A stretch of 57,743 nt of DNA from positions 1-57,743 of the forward strand of contig JBFWWG010000018.1 of the NCBI GenBank assembly GCA_050246315.1, given 5' to 3'. The notes under the pieces were generated by a model. That model was not told the origin of the DNA. It was given only the letters and a program-made list of their open reading frames with translations, and ran no database searches. Shown one piece after another: positions 48,900 through 57,743 of the stretch. The stretch is from Nitrospiraceae bacterium. GTDB taxonomy: Bacteria; Nitrospirota; Nitrospiria; Nitrospirales; Nitrospiraceae. A program made the position numbers and the translations under genes. Each line of letters opens with the position of its first letter. Position 1 is the stretch's first letter.

Positions 48900-49200
48900 C
48901 GTCGTCCTGACCGATGCGGCGGCCGATGATTTTCGACGTCTTGACGGTTCATTGAAGGAACCGATAGCGAAACAGCTCCGGAAACTCGAAAATGCCCCTC
49001 GGCTCGGCGAGCATCTCGGCAACCGAGCGGGGTTCGACCTCACCGGCTACTACAAACTCTACGCGGCAAAGAAGGCCATCCGCATCGTCTACCGAATTAT
49101 CGAGCAGGAGATCCTCGTGGAAGTCGTCGCCATCGGAAAACGCGAGGACCTCGCAGTCTATCAGAAGGCCCTCAAGCGATTGCGGGGAATGCCGCGCTAG
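48889..49200 (+). CDS. RelE/ParE-family toxin
   Basis: YSVVLTDAAADDFRRLD...LTGYYKL...RIVYRI...VAIGKREDLAVY; overlaps the antitoxin. Confidence 0.88.
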   Translation: MRYSVVLTDAAADDFRRLDGSLKEPIAKQLRKLENAPRLGEHLGNRAGFDLTGYYKLYAAKKAIRIVYRIIEQEILVEVVAIGKREDLAVYQKALKRLRGMPR

Positions 49201-49364
49201 AACACCACTCGATCGCGACTACCGCTCGTGGACGGGCTCAACGGCTGGCTCGCTCTTCTGTCATGGGCGGGACAGCTCCAGCGCGGCGCCCGGCGACACG
49301 GCGCAAACCCCTCACGAAAATTCAAACTGTCCCCTCTTCATCTCTGCCGCTGGAGTTCGCCACG

Positions 49365-50069
49365 TCATTTCAAGACTTCAAGCCGCAGATCGTCGAAGTA
49401 GGTCACGGCGTCGGATTTCGTCCAGAGGCCGATTCTCCCCGACGTAAAGGTCCGATCGCAGAGGTCAAAGACCGAGACCTCGTCGTAGAACACCTGAATG
49501 CGGCAGCCTTGTGTGATCACTCGTAACGTGTGCCACCCTTTCACATCGATGATCTGGTCAACGTTCTTCAACATCTGCCGGACTCCCATGACGACCCGAT
49601 AGATGCGAATGTTCTGCTCCAGCGGATTCGCGCGAGTCAGATAGTAGTTTCGATCATCGGCTGCCCGCCACATGAGCCCGCCGCCCATGTCCGCCTTGCC
49701 GTCGAGGGCCAGAAACGAGACGGACAGATCGAGGTCGGAGGGCTCGGCCCCGGTAGCCAGGATGACCTTGTAGGCGTGCTCCGCGCCTTTGCCTTGTACC
49801 TGGCCGAGCACCTGCGGAGGACTTTTAGCCTTCTCGGCGACCAGCACCTTCCATTCCCCTGCGGGCCGCCCATCGAACAGCGTGCCGACCTCGAAGTCGT
49901 GAGGCGGCGCATTGGACGGATCCGCGTCGAAATTCCAGGATCGCGATGCCGGCGTCCCTGACGACAGGCTGCACAGGGCCAACAGTACCAATGCGACAAT
50001 GCTGAGCTGTAGCATCCAGAGCCATCGTGTAGAACCGAGAGGGGGCATCCTGCCGGTATTTACCGCCAC
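49365..50069 (-). CDS. Hypothetical exported ConA-like/DUF1080-like protein
   Basis: Signal/TM, WHTLRV, GRIGLWTKSDAVTYFDDL. Confidence 0.7.
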   Translation of the reverse strand: MAVNTGRMPPLGSTRWLWMLQLSIVALVLLALCSLSSGTPASRSWNFDADPSNAPPHDFEVGTLFDGRPAGEWKVLVAEKAKSPPQVLGQVQGKGAEHAYKVILATGAEPSDLDLSVSFLALDGKADMGGGLMWRAADDRNYYLTRANPLEQNIRIYRVVMGVRQMLKNVDQIIDVKGWHTLRVITQGCRIQVFYDEVSVFDLCDRTFTSGRIGLWTKSDAVTYFDDLRLEVLK

Positions 50070-50803
50070 GTCACTTCCTCCCAGTAGAGATGGACGAAGG
50101 TGTCAAAGGGAGGAAAATTCTGAGGGTTCTGCTCTTTGGATCGGACCCACAGATCGATTTCCATTCCAGCCGGATCGGTCTCGCCGCCGGGGAGGGTGCG
50201 TGCGACCGGGTAGCGGACTTCGTGAGTCTTGGGATCGCGGGACCGTTCCATCACCATGAAGTGTGCGTCGTAGTCCTTGTAGAGAATCTGGTCGTTCTTC
50301 TGCATCGTGGCGGTGCCCCATCCGGCGAGGTACAGCCAGGTCTTCGGATACAAGGGATCGCCGTTGTTCGAATCGCCATGCTCGTACACTCTGGTCGCGA
50401 TGCCCCCATCGTGAAACGAGGCCTTGGCCGCGAAACGGTCGAACAGGATCCGGTAGCGATCGGAGCCTTCGACAAACTCGGCGACGACGCTGCCGCTGTT
50501 GGTGATCTCGTTCACATCGATCTCGATTGTCCCCTGCACCCGGGTGAGGCGCTTGCCGGCATAATCCAGGTGATCCCACGGCGACCGATCCTGCACGCTG
50601 CCGACCAAGGTGGCTCGGTCTCCTTTGAGGCGAAACGCGCCGCCGTAGAACGGATGCTCTGTGGCTTTGAAGATCCTGGTGCCTTCGTCGCCCTTCGGTG
50701 TTCCGAACCTGGGCTCCTCTGCGGTGGCCCGGAGCGAGACCGTCATGGCGAGTGAAATGCCTACGGCCACTAGCCATCCTGTGCGATGGATTGTTGGCGA
50801 CAC
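50060..50803 (-). CDS. Hypothetical exported protein
   Basis: Signal peptide, GGAGG RBS, 247-aa beta-rich ORF. Confidence 0.7.
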   Translation of the reverse strand: MSPTIHRTGWLVAVGISLAMTVSLRATAEEPRFGTPKGDEGTRIFKATEHPFYGGAFRLKGDRATLVGSVQDRSPWDHLDYAGKRLTRVQGTIEIDVNEITNSGSVVAEFVEGSDRYRILFDRFAAKASFHDGGIATRVYEHGDSNNGDPLYPKTWLYLAGWGTATMQKNDQILYKDYDAHFMVMERSRDPKTHEVRYPVARTLPGGETDPAGMEIDLWVRSKEQNPQNFPPFDTFVHLYWEEVTWR

Positions 50804-51083
50804 GATCAGCCTCCTGTCTCGATGAACGATGGGTTCAACGCACCGAAGTTATGATGGACTCCTGACGTCCGATACGCAATGGAGTTGCGTGGAGACCGGC
50901 TCAACAGTGAGTGAACACGAAAGCCGTTGTTGCAGAAAGTGGCAATCCAAGTCGGACCGCCGATCCCTTGCGGCAACCACAGCCTCTCGGTAGAGTGTAG
51001 GCAGCCTTGGAGGCTCAGGCCAGGGCAGAGTGTCCATCGCCCCTGGGTATTCGAGACGCGTGCGGACCACGCAAGGAGGCTCC

Positions 51084-51779
51084 GTGATTGCCCGCAACAA
51101 ACTGTTGATCGGCCTGGTGGCTTGGTATGGGGTGCTGTCGGCCTGGACGGCCTACTCGCCGGTGGACCGGCAATTTTGGGCCTTGGCCAGTATTCTCCCG
51201 GCCGTCTTCGTGATGGGGCTGATCGCGGCCTATCGGTATCTACCGCTGTCGCCCCTGTCCTATGTGCTGATCACCGTGTTTCTGACCTTGCACTCGATCG
51301 GCGTCCACTACACCTATGCACAGACGCCCGTGGGGAACTGGCTGGAGCAGGCGCTGCACCTGGGGCGTAACCACTTCGACCGCGTCGTTCATTTCAGCTT
51401 CGGATTTCTTTTGGCCTACCCCATGGAAGAGGCCTTTCGCCTGCTCGGTCACGCGCGCGGTTGGGTTCTGTATTATCTGCCGGTGATCACGGTGCTCGGT
51501 TTGAGCGGTCTCTGGGAAATCATCGAGTCTTGGGTCGCACGGGCCGTGCATCCCGAACTCGGTATCACCTATCTCGGCTCACAAGGCGATATCTGGGATG
51601 CGCAAAAGGACATGGCTGCGGCCTTCTACGGATCGCTCCTCTGCATGGCACTGTTGTTGGGCGTGCGGGTTCTCCGCCGCGTGCGGGTCGATGCTTCTCG
51701 CGAGGATGGCACAATGCCTCTGCTCGATCCGGCTGAGCCGATCGCAACAAATAGTGCCATAGCCCAGCGCCCATTGTGA
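51084..51779 (+). CDS. DUF2238 (YjdF-like) membrane protein, copy 1
   Basis: HYTYA, RNHFDRVVHF, LGSQGDIWDAQKDM. Confidence 0.88.
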   Translation: MIARNKLLIGLVAWYGVLSAWTAYSPVDRQFWALASILPAVFVMGLIAAYRYLPLSPLSYVLITVFLTLHSIGVHYTYAQTPVGNWLEQALHLGRNHFDRVVHFSFGFLLAYPMEEAFRLLGHARGWVLYYLPVITVLGLSGLWEIIESWVARAVHPELGITYLGSQGDIWDAQKDMAAAFYGSLLCMALLLGVRVLRRVRVDASREDGTMPLLDPAEPIATNSAIAQRPL

Positions 51780-51783
51780 CCGG

Positions 51784-52458
51784 ATGGGCGACCTCCCCTC
51801 CAAGGCGTCGGCAACAGAAGCAAATCCGTACCTGCCTCACGCACTGCTTGCCGGGTATGCCGTGATCTGGACGTGGCTGGCGATCGCGCCGATCGACCGG
51901 CAGGATTGGCTGCTGGAAAATCTGTTGGCGGTGACGCTGGTCGCGATACTCGTCCTGACCTACCGGCGCTTTCAGTTTTCCAATCTCTCCTATGTGCTCA
52001 TCGCCCTGTTCCTGGCGTTGCATGCCGTCGGCGCGCACTACACCTATGCGAAGGTGCCGGCGGGGTTTTGGCTGCAAGACACCTTCGGCTTGAGCCGCAA
52101 TCCCTTCGACCGCATCGTTCACTTTTCATACGGACTTCTGCTCGTCCTGCCGATCAGGGAGTTGCTCATGCGGCTTGCCGGTATACGGGGTTTCTGGTCT
52201 TACTACCTCCCGATCAGCGCCGTACTCGCGCAAAGCGGATTCTTCGAGGTAGTGGAAGGGGTCGTCGCGGCGATCGTGAACCCTGAGCTCGGGTCCGCCT
52301 ATTTGGGTACGCAGGGCGATGAATGGGATGCGCAGAAGGACATGACCGCGGCCTTCACCGGCGCGCTGCTGATGACGGGGCTGGCGGCAGTCCTGCCGAG
52401 TGGATCATCCGTTCGAGCCGGCTCCGAACCTTTCAACTCTGTTCCGCCTCGGAAATAA
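51784..52458 (+). CDS. DUF2238 (YjdF-like) membrane protein, copy 2
   Basis: DWLLEN, HYTYAKVP, FDRIVHF, LGTQGDEWDAQKDM. Confidence 0.88.
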   Translation: MGDLPSKASATEANPYLPHALLAGYAVIWTWLAIAPIDRQDWLLENLLAVTLVAILVLTYRRFQFSNLSYVLIALFLALHAVGAHYTYAKVPAGFWLQDTFGLSRNPFDRIVHFSYGLLLVLPIRELLMRLAGIRGFWSYYLPISAVLAQSGFFEVVEGVVAAIVNPELGSAYLGTQGDEWDAQKDMTAAFTGALLMTGLAAVLPSGSSVRAGSEPFNSVPPRK

Positions 52459-52531
52459 TGAGGTGGAAGGGGAAGGCCGACGTTTCTTCCGCCTTGAGCC
52501 GTGCGTGGCTGTCCAGTAAGATTGACCACCG

Positions 52532-52753
52532 ATGAAATTTACACGCAAACCGGGCGAGCCGATTTATCTGCGCAAGCACATGTTGGCTCTGGTATTGGCT
52601 GTGCTGGCTACGATCGTGCTGCCTCGGCTGTATGAAGTCCTTGTCGGCCCGCTCAGCTTTATGGGCCGGTTCCTCTCCGGCATGGTCATTGCCGTTGCCG
52701 CCGGCATCGGGCTCTATTTCCTGTTCCGATCCTCCGCGCAGAATCAGCCGTAA
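52532..52753 (+). CDS. Small two-TM hypothetical protein
   Basis: 73-aa ORF with two hydrophobic helices. Confidence 0.55.
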   Translation: MKFTRKPGEPIYLRKHMLALVLAVLATIVLPRLYEVLVGPLSFMGRFLSGMVIAVAAGIGLYFLFRSSAQNQP

Positions 52754-52885
52754 GGACGAGTGCAAGAGAATGTTCTCGCCGGGTCAGCCATTCCATATCG
52801 GGGCCTCTCCGCCAATGCTTCATCGTTTCTGCCGAAGAGGGCTCCCCCTGCGAGACATCCGTGTACATCACGGCGATCGTGCATA

Positions 52886-53045
52886 TTAACCCGTATCATT
52901 CCTGAACGCCTCTCCTGCAATCGCGGATTTGACGCACTCCTTCGCGGCGGTACTTGCCCCTCTCGTTTGGCGACCGCCGGGTACCCGTTGCGCTCTCGCT
53001 GCAATGGGTGGAGCGCGATGAACCGTCATGAATGATGCGGGCTAA
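52886..53045. repeat. About 160-bp MITE-like element with terminal inverted repeats
   Basis: TTAACCCGTATCATTCCTGA versus reverse complement of the end TTAGCCCGCATCATTCATGA; partial copies at 11204-11280 and 48338-48363. Confidence 0.7.
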
Positions 53046-53266
53046 GGACAATCCTCATGCGTAGTATGGATCAGGACACAATCGTCGCCGGAATTCTGAT
53101 AGGCTCTCAATCGGGATTCTCATCTCCGGTCGATTGGCGGACCCGCGAGCTGATTTCCACCGTCAAATTTAACAGTGGTGTGTCATCACGATAGGCTGCA
53201 TAATGCAACCGTCCTCCTGTTTCGGAACTGCGTTACGGTGTTGCACAGGTCACGGGAGATATTGCG

Positions 53267-53815
53267 ATGTCAAAAGAGAACAGAGACCACAGCGAATCGG
53301 AAGGAATCATCACGTGGGAAGGTTCGCGCCGCCGTTTCTTTGAGTGGGTCACAAGAGCGGTGATGGCAGTGATCGGCGTGGGGTTAGCCGTTCCGTTGGT
53401 CGGGTATGTCGTGTCTCCGGCCTTGAAGCGCCGTAAGCAAACATGGGTCGATATCGGGAGCGTGGACGAGCTGCCGAGTGGCGAACCCGCGCAGCGTGAC
53501 TATGTCGCGACGATTCGCGACGGATATGTGGAGACCAAGACGCATAAAGCCGTCTGGGCGGTGAAGCAACCGGATGGACAGGTGATCGCATTTTCACCGA
53601 TGTGTACGCATCTGGGGTGCGGGTATACGTGGGATTCGGGCGAGAAGAAATTCAAGTGTCCCTGTCATGGCAGCGTGTTTGATGTGTCGGGCCAGGTGTT
53701 GGGCGGTCCGGCGCCTCGTCCTCTCGATCGGCTGCCGTTAAAGGTGGAGAACGGCCGCGTGCTCGTGACCTACAAGGAGTTTAAGTCCGGCGTTCGAGAG
53801 CAAGCGGAGTTGTAA
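53267..53815 (+). CDS. Rieske iron-sulfur subunit of a bc-type complex (QcrA-like)
   Basis: Tat-like SRRRFF, CTHLGC, CPCHGS, GPAPRPL. Confidence 0.92.
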   Translation: MSKENRDHSESEGIITWEGSRRRFFEWVTRAVMAVIGVGLAVPLVGYVVSPALKRRKQTWVDIGSVDELPSGEPAQRDYVATIRDGYVETKTHKAVWAVKQPDGQVIAFSPMCTHLGCGYTWDSGEKKFKCPCHGSVFDVSGQVLGGPAPRPLDRLPLKVENGRVLVTYKEFKSGVREQAEL

Positions 53816-53989
53816 CTCACCGGACAATGGGGCAGCCGATCCCGTCTGGACGGCAGAGGTGGCTGCGGTGCGGGCCAACACCTTGCGATTGAAGGTTGGT
53901 GAAGGCTGGTGCTGCTTTCGCGGTGGCGCGGCGAGGATACGGCGATGATCAGCGTGATCGAGAAGACATCGGCATCCTGGAGGGCATGA

Positions 53990-55321
53990 ATGGCATCCCG
54001 ACTTTATCAATGGCTGGACAGTCGCTTGAATCTGAGGCCGATCGGGAAGACGTTGCTCGATGAACCGATTCCCGGCGGCGCCAGTTGGGTCTACGTGTTC
54101 GGGTCCGCAACGCTCTTTCTCTTCGGCATGCAAGCCATCACCGGAATGTTCCTGGCTCTCTATTATGCGCCGACCCCCGACCATGCTTATGACAGCGTGC
54201 AATTCATTGAAAGCCAAGTCTCGTTCGGCTGGTTCATCCGAGGGCTCCACCATTGGGGCGCTTCGGGGATGGTCATCGCGGTCGGGCTGCATATGCTCCA
54301 AGTCTTTCTGTATGGCGCTTTCAAGCCACCACGCGAATTGATGTGGATGGTCGGCGTGGTCCTGCTGTTGATCGTGCTGGCCTTTGCCTTTACCGGCTAT
54401 CTGCTGCCGTGGGATCAAACGGCCTACTGGGCCACGCAGGTGGGCATCAATATGGCCGGGACGATCCCGTTCGTCGGCGACTTCCTGGTCAAGGTCTTGC
54501 GCGGAGGCGAAACGCTGGGCGCGCTGACTCTCTCCCGGTTCTTCGCCGTCCATGTGCTGTTTCTTCCGGCGGTGATCATCACCGGGGTCGTGCTACATCT
54601 GTTTATCCTCCGGCGAGTCGGTCCGGCCGGCCCATGGGACGAACAGAAGGCGGCAGCTCATCGCGAGGCCTTTTTCCCCCGACAGGTGTATATGGATGCC
54701 GTGGTGATGCTCGGCATCTTCCTCACGCTCGTGGCCCTTGCGTCATGGGTGCCGTTCCCGCTCGCCGATAAGGCTGATCCGTCCGATACCAGTTTTGTGC
54801 CGGTTCCGGAATGGTACTTTCTCTTCTATTATGAATTGCTGAAGCACGTCCACGGGCCGCTGGAGCCGTTGGTCACCTGGGTCTTACCGGTCGTGTTCGT
54901 GATGATCATTCTGCTTTGGCCGTTTCTGGATTGGCAGAAAACGATCCGCGCTCCTGCCTCCCGCCCAATCGGCATGGCGCTCGGCGCCCTCTTCTTGCTG
55001 ATCGTGTTCTCCTTGCTGGGCGTATCGCTGCACCAGCTCTATGCGGTGAAGCGCCCGGATCCCGAGATTGCTCACGGTAAGGCGCTCTACGTTCAATTCG
55101 GCTGCGCGGGATGCCATCGAGTGCATGGGGAAGGAGGAGCGTTGGCGCCGGACCTGTCCTACGTCGGCGACGCACGGCCCGAGCGGGAATGGCATCTGAA
55201 GCATTTCCGCGACCCACAGTCCGTTTCAGCCGGCAGTTTCATGCCGAAGTTTCCGCTGACCGAATCGGAATTGAACGATCTGACAAGCTATATGTTGAGT
55301 CTGAAGCGCCCATCCTCTTGA
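53990..55321 (+). CDS. Cytochrome b with fused C-terminal cytochrome c (QcrB/C-like)
   Basis: RGLHHWGAS, GYLLPWDQ, PEWYF, CAGCH heme-c motif. Confidence 0.92.
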   Translation: MASRLYQWLDSRLNLRPIGKTLLDEPIPGGASWVYVFGSATLFLFGMQAITGMFLALYYAPTPDHAYDSVQFIESQVSFGWFIRGLHHWGASGMVIAVGLHMLQVFLYGAFKPPRELMWMVGVVLLLIVLAFAFTGYLLPWDQTAYWATQVGINMAGTIPFVGDFLVKVLRGGETLGALTLSRFFAVHVLFLPAVIITGVVLHLFILRRVGPAGPWDEQKAAAHREAFFPRQVYMDAVVMLGIFLTLVALASWVPFPLADKADPSDTSFVPVPEWYFLFYYELLKHVHGPLEPLVTWVLPVVFVMIILLWPFLDWQKTIRAPASRPIGMALGALFLLIVFSLLGVSLHQLYAVKRPDPEIAHGKALYVQFGCAGCHRVHGEGGALAPDLSYVGDARPEREWHLKHFRDPQSVSAGSFMPKFPLTESELNDLTSYMLSLKRPSS

Positions 55322-55542
55322 TGGTCAGGCACGGCTTCGCGCACAGGATCTCCGACCGCGCGAACCGCCTCCTTTCGTTGCGTCTCCAAGCAGCACACTT
55401 AAGACGGGCGAGCGCTGTTCGTTGCGCCGAATCTGACGGACAGAGTAGAGTGATGGCCTTGTTTGGGTGTTGGCGGCGCAGGGCGCAGATCAACGGGCTG
55501 CATGGCACGGGACCCTGGACCGCATGACGAGGGAGTGCCCTG

Positions 55543-56496
55543 ATGATGTGGTTCCTCATGATCTTCACAACCTTCCTCTTGCCTCCTCTGGCCTGGGCTC
55601 TGCCGGATACGCGGTGGTATCCCGTGTCGTCCGTCCGGACTTTGACGGGCGATGAGCTGCTTCGGATCGGGCAACTCCATGATGCGCAGGACCATCACCA
55701 AGAGGCGCTGAACTATTACCAGCTTGCCCTCTCGGCTTATCGGAAGGCGGAGCAGAAGGGCGGACAGGCTGCCGTGTTGGTGAGGATGGCCGGGGTTCAG
55801 GAACGGCGGGAGCATGTGCGCGAGGCCTATGCGTCGCTCCAGGAGGCGATGAAACTTCTGGGAGGCAAGGGTTCTCCCCGTGTGCGCGCCGATGCGGCCT
55901 TGGCAACCGGACGGTTGGCGGCGCGGCTGGAGCATGACAAGGAAGCCGAGCAGCACCTCGGAGAGGCTGTGACGTTGAACGAGCGGCTGCAAGACCAGAA
56001 TGGACGCCACACGGCCATTCTGCAATTAGCTCTGTTGCACGTACAGCAGGGTCGTCTTGAAGAAGGACTGGCGATGCTGGAGCGGGAGCAGAAAGAGGCG
56101 CGGGCACGGCATGCCGGCGGGCACGAAGCGGATGCGCTGCTCGCCCTGGGCGATGTGTATTGGCTGCTGGATCGGTACGACGAGGCGCAGCGGTACTATG
56201 CAGAGAGTCTCCGCATGAGCGAGGCGGAACGAGACGAACGGCGGGAAGCGAAGCTGCGGCTCCGGTTGGCTCAGTCGGCCGACGAACTGGGTCGGCTGGA
56301 CGAGGGAATTGAGTTCGGGCGGCAGGCGGCGTCCCTCTACCAAGTCATGCGGAGGAACGGGGACGAGGCCGCGGCGCACGCGACGCTGGCTGACCTCTAC
56401 CGCAAGGTCGGCAAGAACCGCGAGGCGGAAGAGGCGGGGCTGAACGCACGGAGGCTCTATCGGAGCCGGCAGATGCAGGTACACGGATCGGGGTAG
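55543..56496 (+). CDS. Exported TPR-repeat protein
   Basis: Signal peptide; repeated EA...LG..Y...A..YY..AL helices. Confidence 0.78.
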   Translation: MMWFLMIFTTFLLPPLAWALPDTRWYPVSSVRTLTGDELLRIGQLHDAQDHHQEALNYYQLALSAYRKAEQKGGQAAVLVRMAGVQERREHVREAYASLQEAMKLLGGKGSPRVRADAALATGRLAARLEHDKEAEQHLGEAVTLNERLQDQNGRHTAILQLALLHVQQGRLEEGLAMLEREQKEARARHAGGHEADALLALGDVYWLLDRYDEAQRYYAESLRMSEAERDERREAKLRLRLAQSADELGRLDEGIEFGRQAASLYQVMRRNGDEAAAHATLADLYRKVGKNREAEEAGLNARRLYRSRQMQVHGSG

Positions 56497-56569
56497 AGCT
56501 GGCCAGAGGAAAGTCGCGTATCGGTCAGGAGATGTTCACGGTCAGAGATGCTCAGAGGAGGTTTCCGAG

Positions 56570-57253
56570 ATGCACAGTGACAGAGGCGAGAACTGGCAAC
56601 GACTGATGGGCTTGATGTTCAAAGCGCACCCCTGGCACGGAGTGCCGATCGGCGAGAAAGCCCCCGAGGTCGTGACGGCCTATATCGAGATTGTGCCCAC
56701 CGACACGGTGAAGTACGAAGTGGACAAGGCCAGCGGCTTCCTGAAGGTGGATCGACCGCAGCGATTTTCCAATTTCTGCCCAGTCTATTATGGACTCGTC
56801 CCCCAGACCTTTTGCGGAGAGCGGGTGGCGGAGATTTTTGCCAAGCGGGCGAAACGCAAGCAGATGATTGGAGATGGAGATCCGCTGGACATCTGCGTCC
56901 TCACGGAAAAAACCATCCCTCACAGCGATATTCTCCTCACGGCACTGCCGATCGGCGGCCTCAGCATGGCCGACGGCGGCGAAGCGGACGACAAGATCAT
57001 CGCGGTGATGAAGGAGGATGCCGTCTATGGCAGGTATACCGACATCGCGGATTGTCCGCTGACCTTGATCGACCGCCTCCAGCATTATTTCTTGACCTAC
57101 AAGAGCGCACCCGGCACGACGCAACATAAGGTGGAGATCACCAGCGTGTACGGCCGCGAGGAGGCGCTCAAGGTCATCCAGGCCAGTCACGCGGACTATC
57201 GCGAGAAATTCCCCGAGCTCGAAACCTTCTGGTCCAAAGGGGCCGGCAATTAG
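56570..57253 (+). CDS. ppa: Family I inorganic pyrophosphatase
   Basis: AHPWHG, KYEVDK, DGDPLDI, DDKII, YFLTYK. Confidence 0.93.
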   Translation: MHSDRGENWQRLMGLMFKAHPWHGVPIGEKAPEVVTAYIEIVPTDTVKYEVDKASGFLKVDRPQRFSNFCPVYYGLVPQTFCGERVAEIFAKRAKRKQMIGDGDPLDICVLTEKTIPHSDILLTALPIGGLSMADGGEADDKIIAVMKEDAVYGRYTDIADCPLTLIDRLQHYFLTYKSAPGTTQHKVEITSVYGREEALKVIQASHADYREKFPELETFWSKGAGN

Positions 57254-57258
57254 ACAAC

Positions 57259-57283
57259 AAGGGGGCAGGCTCCTTGCCCCTTT
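57259..57283 (+). terminator. Possible intrinsic terminator after ppa
   Basis: AAGGGGGCAGG-CT-CCTTGCCCCTTT imperfect hairpin; short U tract. Confidence 0.4.
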
Positions 57284-57623
57284 CCGACCCCTCTATTCTC
57301 AAATCCCAGTCTGTCTCGGAAGGCCGACCTGCCGCAATGCAGTCATCGGCCCCTGTGACTTCAGGATCTCCAGTTGAGTTCAGTCCTTCAGTAATAATCG
57401 GGGGGCCTGATGCACGCTGATGGGGGCAGGTCTTGTGATCACACAGAGGACAGTCTCCGTGGGTGCGTGTGTTTTCATGGCCCGTCGTCTCATCTGCCTT
57501 TGCCCCTTTCGAGCGATCGTCGTCGCTGATTTCTCGTTGTATTCGTTGTCGAATCGAGAAAGATTCGCGAGCGAGTCACTTAGTCGGCATATGCAGAAAA
57601 GGAGGAAGTATCATTGCACGACC

Positions 57624-57743
57624 TGAGGTGGCCCGGATTTGACAGACACCTTGAAACGGGGACAGGATTCCCCGAGGAGGTGTCCGATGGGTACACGCAC
57701 ACCGTTCACACCCGAGTTTAAGCGCGAAGCGGTCCAGTTGCTC
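57624..57743 (+). mobile_element. Left end of an IS3-family element running off the window
   Basis: TGAGGTGGCCCGGATTTGACAGACACC IRL; RBS GAGGAGG; ATG 57687 gives MGTRTPFTPEFKREAVQLL. Confidence 0.85.

Noticed and set aside
57420..57626. 68-aa ORF before the right-hand IS3
   Set aside because: No RBS or motif; its stop is supplied by the IS terminus.
1..57743. Whole window as a composite transposon bounded by inverted IS3 elements
   Set aside because: The two IS ends differ in IR and OrfA sequence, and the interior carries housekeeping genes. Assembly breaks at repeats are the simpler explanation.

Overview
A 57.7 kb bacterial chromosomal segment; the gene content suggests Nitrospirota/Nitrospira (inference). 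It is bounded at both ends by the outward-facing left ends of two different IS3-family elements, which are probably assembly breaks. The backbone carries cutA, an M23 peptidase, fhs, hflKC, an arsM-arsS arsenic-metabolism pair, an mltC-like transglycosylase, htpX, an fpg/nei glycosylase, an ECF-sigma/mdtABC operon, a Rieske plus cytochrome b-c pair, and ppa. Two defence-like hotspots interrupt it. The first (about 20.2-32.1 kb) holds a 1307-aa nuclease-NTPase whose C-terminus looks like a fused AbiEii-partner antitoxin and overlaps an AbiEii nucleotidyltransferase gene. It also holds a DUF4062-nSTAND-FGE/CLec protein whose last ~40 codons show a diversity-generating-retroelement (DGR) variable-region signature (no RT or template repeat seen in the window), a hairpin-flanked DUF559 nuclease, and a Phd-VapC pair. 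The second (about 45.2-49.2 kb) holds MNT-HEPN, Mrr, an unknown helical protein, MITEs and Phd-RelE. In two places a toxin-antitoxin module lies between an intact host gene and a diverged, stranded copy of that gene's 3' end (tfoX, mdtC). At the left end an IS3 element sits inside codon 5 of an IS630 transposase with a GGAC target duplication. No rRNA, tRNA or CRISPR array was recognised. All family calls come from motif recognition by eye, not from database searches.
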